Program-made: the position numbers and the translations under genes
Notes under the pieces: generated by a model
The model's input: only the letters and a program-made list of their open reading frames with translations
Told to the model about the DNA's origin: nothing
Database searches by the model: none
NCBI GenBank assembly: GCA_001791995.1
Contig: MGFR01000001.1
Span: 242,638-306,637 of the forward strand
DNA from: Candidatus Woesebacteria bacterium RBG_13_46_13
GTDB taxonomy: Bacteria > Patescibacteriota > Microgenomatia > UBA8517
DNA length: 64,000 nt
Direction: 5' to 3'
In this document: piece by piece, positions 18,870 to 26,631 of the stretch
How the letters are laid out: the number at the start of each line of letters is the position of its first letter
Position numbering within the stretch: the stretch's first letter is position 1

Positions 18870-20006
18870 CTATAACGTGAGTGGCTCGTAAATATTTTGG
18901 TCGCTTACTGGAGAAATATATTTCGGGGTGGCGGGAGCAGCTCTCTTTGCGATTTCACCCACAATTACCCTGATTAGTTTTTTTGCCATCCGTTCATTTT
19001 TCTTTAACGATAAGTTCCAATCAATTCCTGGCCTTATATTTCCTTCCATAAGGAACACATTGCCACTGTTGCTTACTACCAAATCTAAAGCATAAAGTTC
19101 ACTATCCACGTCGAGGTCTTGAGCGATGCGTTCGGCAAAGACGCGTACCTTTAGCGGCACTTCTTTTAAGGTTATATAGTGAAGTTCACCACCTTGATGT
19201 TCATTACAGCGGAAATCTCCCTTTTTTGCTCTCCTGATATAGACCTGGACAACTCTTTGCCCTACATAGATCATGCGAATATCTATAAACCCCGCGCTTT
19301 TGTTGTAAGCATAGCCGGTATTAAATTGAGCGAATGGCTGAAGTATAAATGAAATATTTTTATTTTTACGCATGATATTTAAAATATCTTTTTGGGGATT
19401 TAATGAGTCCACCAAATAAACATTGTTTCCTCCGGAACCGTATCTGTCCTTGAGAACAAATCTGTTTGAAAAGTCAGAGGCATGAGGATGAGCCGCGGTA
19501 AGTACCCTGATTTTATTTAGCGCAGCATGAACGCCAACAGAGCTTTTATTTGTAACAGCTACTGTTGGAATAGCAAAATCTTCAAGTACACGATATGTCT
19601 TTTGTTTGTCATAAAAAAGTGAGAAGAATGCCGGGCTATTAAATGGTCTTACTTTTGGATCGGAAAAAAGAATATTTATCCGTTGTTTTTGTTTTGAATT
19701 AACCGGAGATAATTTTTCAAAAATAAACTGTGAGTAACACGGCTGGTTTACTTTGATCCATTTGTTGTTTTTATATAACCAGTAACAACTTGCTGTTCCG
19801 CCTCCGATTATATCTTTAGAAGTGACAAAAGCGGATTTTAAATTATTTTTCTCACACGTTTTAAGGAAGTATGAGTAGGACTCATTATAATTAGTCCTAC
19901 CTTTACTTAGTTGGAAAGGTGACAGTACATTGTTATTCGATGAAGCGCTTGCGGCAATTGCGTTGGTGTAAACGACAAGAACATCAAAGGTTTTTATTTT
20001 AGTCAT
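18870..20006 (-). CDS. ATP-grasp family ligase (RimK/GshB-like), function unknown
   Basis: 378 aa. ATP-grasp-like motifs (RYGSGGNNVYLV, CNEHQGGELHYITL, EGNIRPGIDW). Strongly AT-rich compared with flanking housekeeping genes. Confidence 0.55.
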   Translation of the reverse strand: MTKIKTFDVLVVYTNAIAASASSNNNVLSPFQLSKGRTNYNESYSYFLKTCEKNNLKSAFVTSKDIIGGGTASCYWLYKNNKWIKVNQPCYSQFIFEKLSPVNSKQKQRINILFSDPKVRPFNSPAFFSLFYDKQKTYRVLEDFAIPTVAVTNKSSVGVHAALNKIRVLTAAHPHASDFSNRFVLKDRYGSGGNNVYLVDSLNPQKDILNIMRKNKNISFILQPFAQFNTGYAYNKSAGFIDIRMIYVGQRVVQVYIRRAKKGDFRCNEHQGGELHYITLKEVPLKVRVFAERIAQDLDVDSELYALDLVVSNSGNVFLMEGNIRPGIDWNLSLKKNERMAKKLIRVIVGEIAKRAAPATPKYISPVSDQNIYEPLTL

Positions 20007-20150
20007 AAGAATGTGCGAAGTAATTAATTTAATTCTCGTGAAGGCAAGCAGAATTAAATATTATAAGCAACTTACCGAGTATACACGAATTTACCTATAA
20101 TTGCTTGTAGAGCTAGCTTAGCTGAGCGGGTCGGTCTAGAACCTTATATT

Positions 20151-21371
20151 CTATTTTTCCCCAACCGGCTTTTCACCCTTTTTAATGGATACCAACGCTT
20201 TTTGAAGTTTCATTCCCGCTTCCCAAGACAATTCATCACCCTCGTACTCGCACCTATATAAACCCTGCAGATTCGAGGGAATCTTAACCCGTTTATCCCA
20301 AACCAAAATTACTCTCTCGTCATAAAGAACAAACGCTGTACCGATTTCTATTAGGACGTTTTGATTAATTTCAAATGAAGTTTTGGTCTCTTCTTCCGGA
20401 CTTTTATCTGCAGAGACGCTTATGACAGCAGCCTGACACTCTCTCATCTGATCGAGAATTTTTTTGGGGACTGGTATAGCTGTCGTTTCCTCCTCTTCGG
20501 CAACTACTGGTTCAAAGCCTCCTAATTCAAGTGAGGTTTTAATCTGATCAAGAATTTTCGAGTTTTTTCCATGAGAGATAAACACTTTGAGGGTTTGACT
20601 TGCCGCAGGGGGTTCGGATACGATGGGTGTTGTCGATTCTTCTTGTTCTTGAGGCTCTTGTTCCAAAAGTGTTTCCGGGGCGGTTGTTGGTTGTTGAGTG
20701 CCAACCGCATCGGTTTTTGAAAGTTGCACAAACAAATTGCCCGTTATATTCGCTAAGATTCCTACAAAATTTCCATTTTCTTTAAGAATACCGAGAGCTT
20801 CTTTGGCCCTTTCAGACGGTACCCCCATACCGACAAGAACATTAATGGCTATATCTTCTCTGGGAAATTTATTACGATCATACTTCTCATAAAAACTCTT
20901 GAGTATTCTGGGATTTAAAGCTGCTTTTATTAGGGCCTGTTTGTCTTGGTTCTCTTCGGTGGGCATAATTATTTTACGACCCAGATCTGTTAATCCAACC
21001 TCTTTGGCGTTATATCCCCCCGTCGTCAAACCATAGGCAACGGAAGCCCCGGTTAGATATCGCCAGTCTGAGCTTGTGGGAGACCTATTTATCGCGCCAG
21101 CTATGTCTAAAGGGGTTGCCGACTTAGCGGCAAAATTATCAACAAGAGCTTTGGCTATAACTAAAGACTCCTTCAACGTCACACGAGGAAAATCGGTTTG
21201 AGACAGAATTGAAAATTTTTTAGTTCCTGTTTCTCCTGTCATTGCACGAACATTATAAACACAAGTATTTCGGCCTGTCAAGTGTTTGTTCTGCCCAATA
21301 TCTGATTGTCTTTTAAACTTAACGTGCCCGGATAATTGGCGTGTCGTACGAATATTCCATGAATAAATCAT
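20151..21371 (-). CDS. two-domain protein: unknown N-terminal domain + C-terminal TIR-like nucleotide-binding domain (COG4271/DUF1863 type)
   Basis: The C-terminal 140 aa (KVFISHGKNSKILDQIKTSLELGGFEPVV...AAVISVSAD...NQNVLIEIGTAF...ERVILVWDKRVKIPSNLQGLY) align closely with the COG4271 consensus KVFIVHGHD..LGLEPIIL..AVVLLTPDD..RQNVIFELGYF..ERVCALYKGGVELPSDYSGVLY. The longest ORF reaches 21458 and would overlap tRNA-Gln, so the start is placed at the internal Met at 21371. The true start is uncertain (Met at 21242 also possible). Confidence 0.6.
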   Translation of the reverse strand: MIYSWNIRTTRQLSGHVKFKRQSDIGQNKHLTGRNTCVYNVRAMTGETGTKKFSILSQTDFPRVTLKESLVIAKALVDNFAAKSATPLDIAGAINRSPTSSDWRYLTGASVAYGLTTGGYNAKEVGLTDLGRKIIMPTEENQDKQALIKAALNPRILKSFYEKYDRNKFPREDIAINVLVGMGVPSERAKEALGILKENGNFVGILANITGNLFVQLSKTDAVGTQQPTTAPETLLEQEPQEQEESTTPIVSEPPAASQTLKVFISHGKNSKILDQIKTSLELGGFEPVVAEEEETTAIPVPKKILDQMRECQAAVISVSADKSPEEETKTSFEINQNVLIEIGTAFVLYDERVILVWDKRVKIPSNLQGLYRCEYEGDELSWEAGMKLQKALVSIKKGEKPVGEK

Positions 21372-21428
21372 CGGTTTTGAAGGTGTTTTAGGGCTATTCG
21401 AGGCGTCTCGGTCACTGGGGTGCCCTGT

Positions 21429-21503
21429 TTGGCTGCGGGATAGGGATTCGAACCCCAATACCAGCCTCCAGAGGGCTGTGTCCTACCGTTAGACGATCCC
21501 GCA
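21429..21503 (-). tRNA. tRNA-Gln (anticodon CUG)
   Basis: Reverse complement folds as a 75-nt cloverleaf: acceptor TGCGGGA/TCCCGCA with the U1-A72 pair typical of bacterial tRNA-Gln, anticodon stem CAGCC/GGCTG, loop CTCTGGA, T-loop TTCGAAT, encoded CCA. Confidence 0.85.
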
Positions 21504-21542
21504 ATGTGGCATAATTATAGCAAATAAGGGTAAAATATTCGT

Positions 21543-21893
21543 ATGCTAAAGTCTTTCTATCTTTTGGTAGTTGCCCACTTTGTCGCGGACTTTATTCTTC
21601 AGGGACACTTCCTGTCGGTTAAGAAAAGGGGATTGAATAAGTATATGCTGGCCCACACGGCCATTATGGCTTTGGCTTTCTTCCTGCCCCTCATCAATTA
21701 TCCTTCCGGAAAGGTGGTTCTGGGAACGGCTATTATTCTTGTCGTTCATGCCCTGATTGATGCGGTGAGGGGGGAATCAACACGGATTTTTAAAGTTGTC
21801 CCCGGAACCTATCTTTATGCGTTTTCCTTGGGCCTGGACCAGATTGCCCATATAACTACGCTCTATTTCGTCTTCACCAGGTTGATAATCTAA
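21543..21893 (+). CDS. DUF3307-like small membrane protein
   Basis: 116 aa, three TM helices. The N-terminus LLVVAHFVADFILQ is typical of DUF3307. Confidence 0.45.
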   Translation: MLKSFYLLVVAHFVADFILQGHFLSVKKRGLNKYMLAHTAIMALAFFLPLINYPSGKVVLGTAIILVVHALIDAVRGESTRIFKVVPGTYLYAFSLGLDQIAHITTLYFVFTRLII

Positions 21894-21969
21894 GCCCCAT
21901 AGTATATAATCCAGCCTCGTTCGTTGACAACTTCGAAAGCAGCTGGAGAAGCCAAAAAGGGAGGCTACG

Positions 21970-22260
21970 ATGCAAAAGCCAGGGGAATTCGTACATGCAG
22001 GAATGGAAAGAGCTCGAAGGAAGATCTCGCCTGCGGTAATCGTTCTTTCTCTCGTGCTCTTCGTCGGTTTGCTGGTGGGCATAAAGATGCTCTTCGGCGA
22101 GCCAACCTCGGCAGAAGCATTTGCCGCGGCATTCGTTTGTCCGGAAGCACCGGCACCCTTCGTTCTTCAGCAGAACTTGGTCGCCGATGTTGACGGGCAG
22201 CGGCTCTACATCGCCTGCGCCTGGGTAGGAGGTCTTCCTCAAGAAGCCCCTTTACCGTAA
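21970..22260 (+). CDS. small TM protein, possibly the frameshifted N-terminal part of the downstream 3D-domain gene
   Basis: 96 aa with one TM (AVIVLSLVLFVGLLVGI). GC-rich. Ends 36 nt before the 3D-domain ORF, in a different frame. Confidence 0.3.
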   Translation: MQKPGEFVHAGMERARRKISPAVIVLSLVLFVGLLVGIKMLFGEPTSAEAFAAAFVCPEAPAPFVLQQNLVADVDGQRLYIACAWVGGLPQEAPLP

Positions 22261-22295
22261 GCGCGGGGGTTGCCGAGCCTGTTTCTGCCGCCGGC

Positions 22296-22622
22296 TTGGT
22301 AGCCACTGGAGAAACCGTCCTTGTGAGGACATCGCACTACTGGCCGCCCTTGGGTGGGCCAAACTGCGCTCGCTTTGAAAACGGCGAGTGCGTCAGCAGG
22401 ATGTCCAGCGGGGAAGCCTGGCAGGATTGGACCGAACGGGCAATCGCTTGCCCTACCGAATGGGAATTCGGCACACGGCTTGAGGTTGCCGGGCGTGAGT
22501 GGGTCTGCATGGACCGCGGCGGAGCCATCGTAATTGAAGATGGAATCGCCTGGGTCGACATGCTCACTCCAGTTGGACTGTTTCCGCACGGAACGGTTCT
22601 TGAAGCAACGCTTGTTCGTTGA
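22296..22622 (+). CDS. 3D (Asp-Asp-Asp) domain protein, YuiC/MltA-C-terminal-like cell-wall binding/lytic domain
   Basis: 108 aa with TTG start. SHYWPPLGGPNCARFENGE...VAGREWVCMDRGGAIVIEDGIAWVDM matches the 3D-domain signature. GC-rich patch. Confidence 0.55.
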   Translation: MVATGETVLVRTSHYWPPLGGPNCARFENGECVSRMSSGEAWQDWTERAIACPTEWEFGTRLEVAGREWVCMDRGGAIVIEDGIAWVDMLTPVGLFPHGTVLEATLVR

Positions 22623-22640
22623 ATAGCTTTCGAAGTTGAT

Positions 22641-22686
22641 TGCCGGGGGCAAAATCTATCTCGTGAGAGATGATCAGCCCCCGGCA
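22641..22686 (+). terminator. 10-bp perfect-stem hairpin after the 3D-domain gene
   Basis: tgccgggggc ...26-nt loop... gcccccggca. No strong T-tract follows. Confidence 0.35.
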
Positions 22687-23069
22687 TTCGCTTTCGCATT
22701 AAACATCCGCCTGGTTCTTGTCCAGCCTACGTCCCTTCGGGAATCTTGATCAGAGACCAGCCCTTCCTTGTGAGATCGAGCCTACCGTCCCTTTTCTGCC
22801 GAATAATACCGGCTCTCCTTGGCAACTTGGTTGCCTTACTGTTGAGGAAAGCGTGACGCGTCATCCTCTTCTGAACCCCCTCCGCAAGTTCTACCAGCAG
22901 GAGCAAAGAACAACGCGAGCAACCCAACCTCTTCAGGAACTTTTCGAGCTTGGTGAAGTCGTAGGCAGACACTGTTCCCTCCGCAGAGAATGGTGTTCGG
23001 ACTTACCCAGGCTAGTCGGCGGACATTTAATGTGCGACAGTAGCAAAATTCTACGCTTTAGCCTCAAAA

Positions 23070-23100
23070 TTGTCAACCGATTAGAGAATGTGGGTATAAT
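23070..23100 (+). promoter_or_regulatory. sigma70-like promoter (TTGTCA ... TATAAT) just upstream of the GSDH-like gene
   Basis: -35-like ttgtca at 23070-23075 and tataat at 23095-23100 with a 19-nt spacer. The ORF's TTG start is only 9 nt downstream, so the real start may be internal or the mRNA leaderless. Confidence 0.35.
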
Positions 23101-23108
23101 AAAAAACG

Positions 23109-24245
23109 TTGAAAAAATTATTACCCTTGCTAATAATTGCAGTTTTAATTGGAGCTTTATTTCTACTTGGCCAAAAATACCTCCGTTCCAATGTCAATAT
23201 CGATATTCTGACCCAGATAGCTCAACCCGGGAAAAATAGCGAAAAATCCCTGCCCTCAAGCTCCCAGCTTGCGGGTTTGGAGATCTTTGCAGATCTTAAG
23301 GGGGCTTTGCCCCGGGCTCTGGCCTTTGACAAAAACGGAGTTCTTTTCGCCTCCGTCCCCGCCCAGGGCAAAATTATTGCCCTGCCCGATGCAAACAGAG
23401 ACGGCAAGGCGGATAGGATTGTTGAAGTAATAACCGGTTTGTCTCGGCCGCACGGTATCGCCTTTGACGGGAATTTTATATATATCGGGGAAACCGACAA
23501 GGTAGTGCGGGCCAGCTACAATGCCGATAACTTCACTATTGGGTCTTTGCAAACTCTTTTTTCTTTGCCGGATGGAGGCAGACACTTTACCCGAACGATA
23601 AGAGTCCTGAAAGATAAACTTTATACTTCCGTGGGCTCCTCCTGCGATACCTGTGTCGAAAAGGATGAGTATCGTGCTGCTATTTTGGTTTCTAATCTCG
23701 ACGGGAGCGGGTTGAGGGTTTTTGCCAGAGGTTTAAGAAATAGCGTATTTTTTACCTTCGATTCTCAAGGAAAACTCTGGGGAGCGGATATGGGTAGGGA
23801 TTTCTTGGGAGATAACCTACCCCCGGATGAGATAAATATTATTGAGGACGGCAAAGACTACGGTTGGCCTTATTGTTATGGGGATAGGCTTAGGGATAGC
23901 AATTTTATGCCCGGTCAAAAGACTGACTACTGCTTAAGTACGCAAAGCCCTCTTTATCAGCTGCCTGCGCACGTTGCTCCTTTAGGCGTGGTTTTCGATA
24001 AAGACGGAAATTTATTGGTGGCGCTACACGGCTCATGGAATTCGACTGTTCCCGTTGGTTATAAAATTGTTAAACTTAATCTAACCAAAGGAAAGGTCGT
24101 CCAGGTAGACGATTTTGTAACGGGGTTTATTACGCCCGCAGGTAAAGTTGTGGGACGACCGGTGGATTTGATTTTCAATAAAGAAGGAGAGCTTTTTGTC
24201 TCCGACGATTACGCTGGAGTTATTTATTTATTGCGCACAAAATGA
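23109..24245 (+). CDS. PQQ-dependent soluble sugar dehydrogenase / sorbosone dehydrogenase (YliI-like) beta-propeller protein, secreted
   Basis: 378 aa with signal/TM. Repeated beta-propeller blades (PRALAFDKNGVLF, PHGIAFDGNFIYIG, GRPVDLIFNKEGELFVSDD) typical of the GSDH family. Confidence 0.6.
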   Translation: MKKLLPLLIIAVLIGALFLLGQKYLRSNVNIDILTQIAQPGKNSEKSLPSSSQLAGLEIFADLKGALPRALAFDKNGVLFASVPAQGKIIALPDANRDGKADRIVEVITGLSRPHGIAFDGNFIYIGETDKVVRASYNADNFTIGSLQTLFSLPDGGRHFTRTIRVLKDKLYTSVGSSCDTCVEKDEYRAAILVSNLDGSGLRVFARGLRNSVFFTFDSQGKLWGADMGRDFLGDNLPPDEINIIEDGKDYGWPYCYGDRLRDSNFMPGQKTDYCLSTQSPLYQLPAHVAPLGVVFDKDGNLLVALHGSWNSTVPVGYKIVKLNLTKGKVVQVDDFVTGFITPAGKVVGRPVDLIFNKEGELFVSDDYAGVIYLLRTK

Positions 24246-24982
24246 TGGGATTTATAAGTTCGATATTTTTAGGAATCATTCAGGGCTTAACCGAATTTCT
24301 GCCGGTTTCATCCTCGGGGCATTTGGTTTTGGCCCAGAGCCTTATTCCGGGATTTAGACAGCCGGGAATACTTTTTGACGTGATCCTACATTTTGCGACA
24401 CTTTTTGCGGTTTTATTCTACTTCAGGAAAGGAATATTTAAGCTTGGTTTGGGCTATCTTTGGTATCTGGCAGTCGGTACTGTTCCTGCTGTTGTCATCG
24501 GGTTCTTGTTCAAAGATGCGATTGAGGGGATGTTCCAATCAGCCAAGTTTCTGGGGTTTGAGTTTATGATTTCGGGGCTTATCAATCTGGCGATTTATAA
24601 GATAAAACCCGGCAAGAAGGCAGTCAATGCCAAGAATTCCTTTTTAACCGGAATTGCCCAGGCGGTGGCTATTATCCCCGCCATCTCCAGGTCGGGTTCA
24701 ACCATTTTTAGCGGTGTGGCCCAGGGCATTGAGCCCAAAAAGGCGGTTGAATTCTCATTCCTTTTATCCGTACCTGCCATTTTGGGAGCCAACATTCTGG
24801 AAATTGCCAGCCATGGACCGGGAGGGGGCTTTGTAGTTTCCGATTATCTGGTCGGATTTGTAGCTGCTTTTGCTTCGGGCTTTTTTGCGATCGGTTTGGT
24901 TCTAAAACTTCTTTTAAACAGGAAGTTCAAATTCTTCGCTTACTACTGCTTTATTCTGGGGGCGATAACGCTTCTCATTTAG
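24242..24982 (+). CDS. uppP: undecaprenyl-diphosphate phosphatase
   Basis: 246 aa. N-terminal GIIQGLTEFLPVSSSGHL signature. Overlaps the upstream stop (ATGA). Confidence 0.88.
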   Translation: MMGFISSIFLGIIQGLTEFLPVSSSGHLVLAQSLIPGFRQPGILFDVILHFATLFAVLFYFRKGIFKLGLGYLWYLAVGTVPAVVIGFLFKDAIEGMFQSAKFLGFEFMISGLINLAIYKIKPGKKAVNAKNSFLTGIAQAVAIIPAISRSGSTIFSGVAQGIEPKKAVEFSFLLSVPAILGANILEIASHGPGGGFVVSDYLVGFVAAFASGFFAIGLVLKLLLNRKFKFFAYYCFILGAITLLI

Positions 24983-25353
24983 AGGATCTTCGGCAGAAAA
25001 AGAAACCCACCGACAATCAAAGAGAGGGCGGCGGAAACAAAAACCGCTGCGGCGGAGACGTCCTTGGCTACCTTGGCCTTGGCTCTTGTCCTGGGGCTCA
25101 CTATGTCGACAATTGCTTCAAGAGTGGTATTTATTAGCTCGAGAATAAAAACAAAGGCGATGGTAAAAAACAGCACTATCCACTCAAATCTGGAAAACTT
25201 CAGATAATAGGCCAGAGCCGCGGCAATGATGCCGATTACCAGGTGGATCCTTAAGTTGGGTTCATTTTTCAAAGCCAGCTTAATGCCCGAAAAAGCGTAG
25301 GAAAAGCTAGCCAGGGTCGAGTGGGACTTGCTCATATTAAAAGTATAACCCAA
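24979..25353 (-). CDS. dgkA: diacylglycerol kinase / undecaprenol kinase family
   Basis: 124 aa, three TM. ELINTTLEAIVD motif of the DgkA family. Confidence 0.8.
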   Translation of the reverse strand: MGYTFNMSKSHSTLASFSYAFSGIKLALKNEPNLRIHLVIGIIAAALAYYLKFSRFEWIVLFFTIAFVFILELINTTLEAIVDIVSPRTRAKAKVAKDVSAAAVFVSAALSLIVGGFLFLPKIL

Positions 25354-25406
25354 AAACCCACTTCTTAACCAATAGCCATTAATCTGGGGGTGTGCTAGGA
25401 TAATTT

Positions 25407-26084
25407 ATGGCCAAAAAGAGAAACCATAAAAATATCCTTTTCTTTATAATTGGAGTTCCTGTTTTTCTCATCGTTGCTCTGGGGCTGATCTCTTTCACCG
25501 CCAAGAAGTCGCTTTTTAGCGCCAATGCCTGCGGGTGCACCATCTCCGAGAATATCGACCCCAACGCCAAAGAAGGAACTTTTGAAGGAAAGAAAGTGAA
25601 CGTTCCTGCGCTTGCGGGAGAGATCAAGGAACCTGTTTTGGGTGCCTCCTCGGCCGAACGTTGGATCGAGGTTGACCTTTCCGAGCAGAAAATCAGGGCT
25701 TGGGAGGGCAGCCAGTTGTATCTGGAATCTCTGGTTTCAACCGGGCTACCCTGGTGGCCTACTCCTCAAGGGGAATTTCGCATCTGGGCCAAGGCGAGAG
25801 CCACCAAAATGGAGGGGGGTTCGGGCAGATACTATTACTACCTGCCCAATGTTCCCTACGTGATGTTTTTTGAGAACGGGGAGGTGCCCGGCTGGAGGGG
25901 CTTTAGCCTGCACGGAACCTACTGGCACAACGATTTCGGCAGGGTACATTCCCACGGTTGCGTAAATTTACCCACCCCGATTGCCGAGAAGCTTTTCTAC
26001 TGGACCAACCCGGCCTCGGAAGGCAAGGGTTTTATCCGGACCGATGCAGCCAATCCCGGCACCCGCATAGTTATTCATGAATGA
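25407..26084 (+). CDS. L,D-transpeptidase (YkuD domain)
   Basis: 225 aa with N-terminal TM. Catalytic LHGTYWHNDFGRVHSHGCVNLP motif. Confidence 0.8.
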   Translation: MAKKRNHKNILFFIIGVPVFLIVALGLISFTAKKSLFSANACGCTISENIDPNAKEGTFEGKKVNVPALAGEIKEPVLGASSAERWIEVDLSEQKIRAWEGSQLYLESLVSTGLPWWPTPQGEFRIWAKARATKMEGGSGRYYYYLPNVPYVMFFENGEVPGWRGFSLHGTYWHNDFGRVHSHGCVNLPTPIAEKLFYWTNPASEGKGFIRTDAANPGTRIVIHE

Positions 26085-26580
26085 GATTCTTCTACTGGAT
26101 AGAGGCAGTTGGCTGATTGCATTTTTGGCCAGCTTTCTGGTTTGGATAATGTTCGGAGGTTTGATTGTCCTTTGGCTTATCGACGGTAGGATAAAAAAAG
26201 AACAGGCCCTGCACGCGTTTCTGGCGGCCACCTTTGCCTGGCTGGTTGCCGAGATGCTCAAGACCTTAATTCCCTCCACCCGGCCTTTTGCCATCAACGG
26301 CTATTCGCCGCTGACCCTTACGGTTCCGACGGACAATTCTTTTCCCTCGTCCCACGAAGCTCTGTCTTTTGCCATGGCAGCCAGTATCTGGCTGCACGAC
26401 AAAAAACTGGGGACGGTCTTTGTAATCGGGGCGGCCCTCGTCGGGGCGGGCAGGGTCCTGGCCAATGTCCATTTCGTTTTCGATATTGTAGCCGGAGCGG
26501 GGATTGGAATCATGATTGCTCTGGCTGTATATAAGATGCACCTCCACCAATTATTTTCCCCTAAGTCAAAAAAGCCTTGA
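26077..26580 (+). CDS. PAP2-family phosphatase (undecaprenyl-PP/phosphatidate phosphatase-like)
   Basis: 167 aa membrane protein. PAP2 motifs KxxxxxxRP (LIPSTRP), PSSH (FPSSHEA) and SRxxxxxHxxxD (GRVLANVHFVFDIVAG). Confidence 0.8.
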   Translation: MNEILLLDRGSWLIAFLASFLVWIMFGGLIVLWLIDGRIKKEQALHAFLAATFAWLVAEMLKTLIPSTRPFAINGYSPLTLTVPTDNSFPSSHEALSFAMAASIWLHDKKLGTVFVIGAALVGAGRVLANVHFVFDIVAGAGIGIMIALAVYKMHLHQLFSPKSKKP

Positions 26581-26610
26581 CATTTAGCAGACGTGTTGTT
26601 AGACTGCTAA
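26577..26610 (+). promoter_or_regulatory. lon promoter with CIRCE-like HrcA-operator inverted repeat
   Basis: TTGACA at 26577-26582; TTAGCAGAC-N9-GACTGCTAA at 26584-26610, versus the CIRCE consensus TTAGCACTC-N9-GAGTGCTAA. It overlaps the spacer and a tagact -10, 22 nt upstream of the lon ATG. Confidence 0.55.
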
Positions 26611-26631
26611 ATACTTTTGTGAAATTTAGTT

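Noticed and set aside
21429-21458. Annotating the TIR-like gene from its first ATG (21458)
   Set aside because: That start lies inside tRNA-Gln (21429-21503). Overlap of a CDS with a tRNA on the same strand is implausible, so an internal start was chosen.
22718-23239. 173-aa ORF crossing the 22.7-23.1 kb intergenic region into the GSDH-like gene
   Set aside because: It has no homology or RBS, overlaps the start of the downstream gene out of frame, and reads through a promoter-like TTGTCA...TATAAT element. Likely non-coding. An ncRNA here cannot be excluded.
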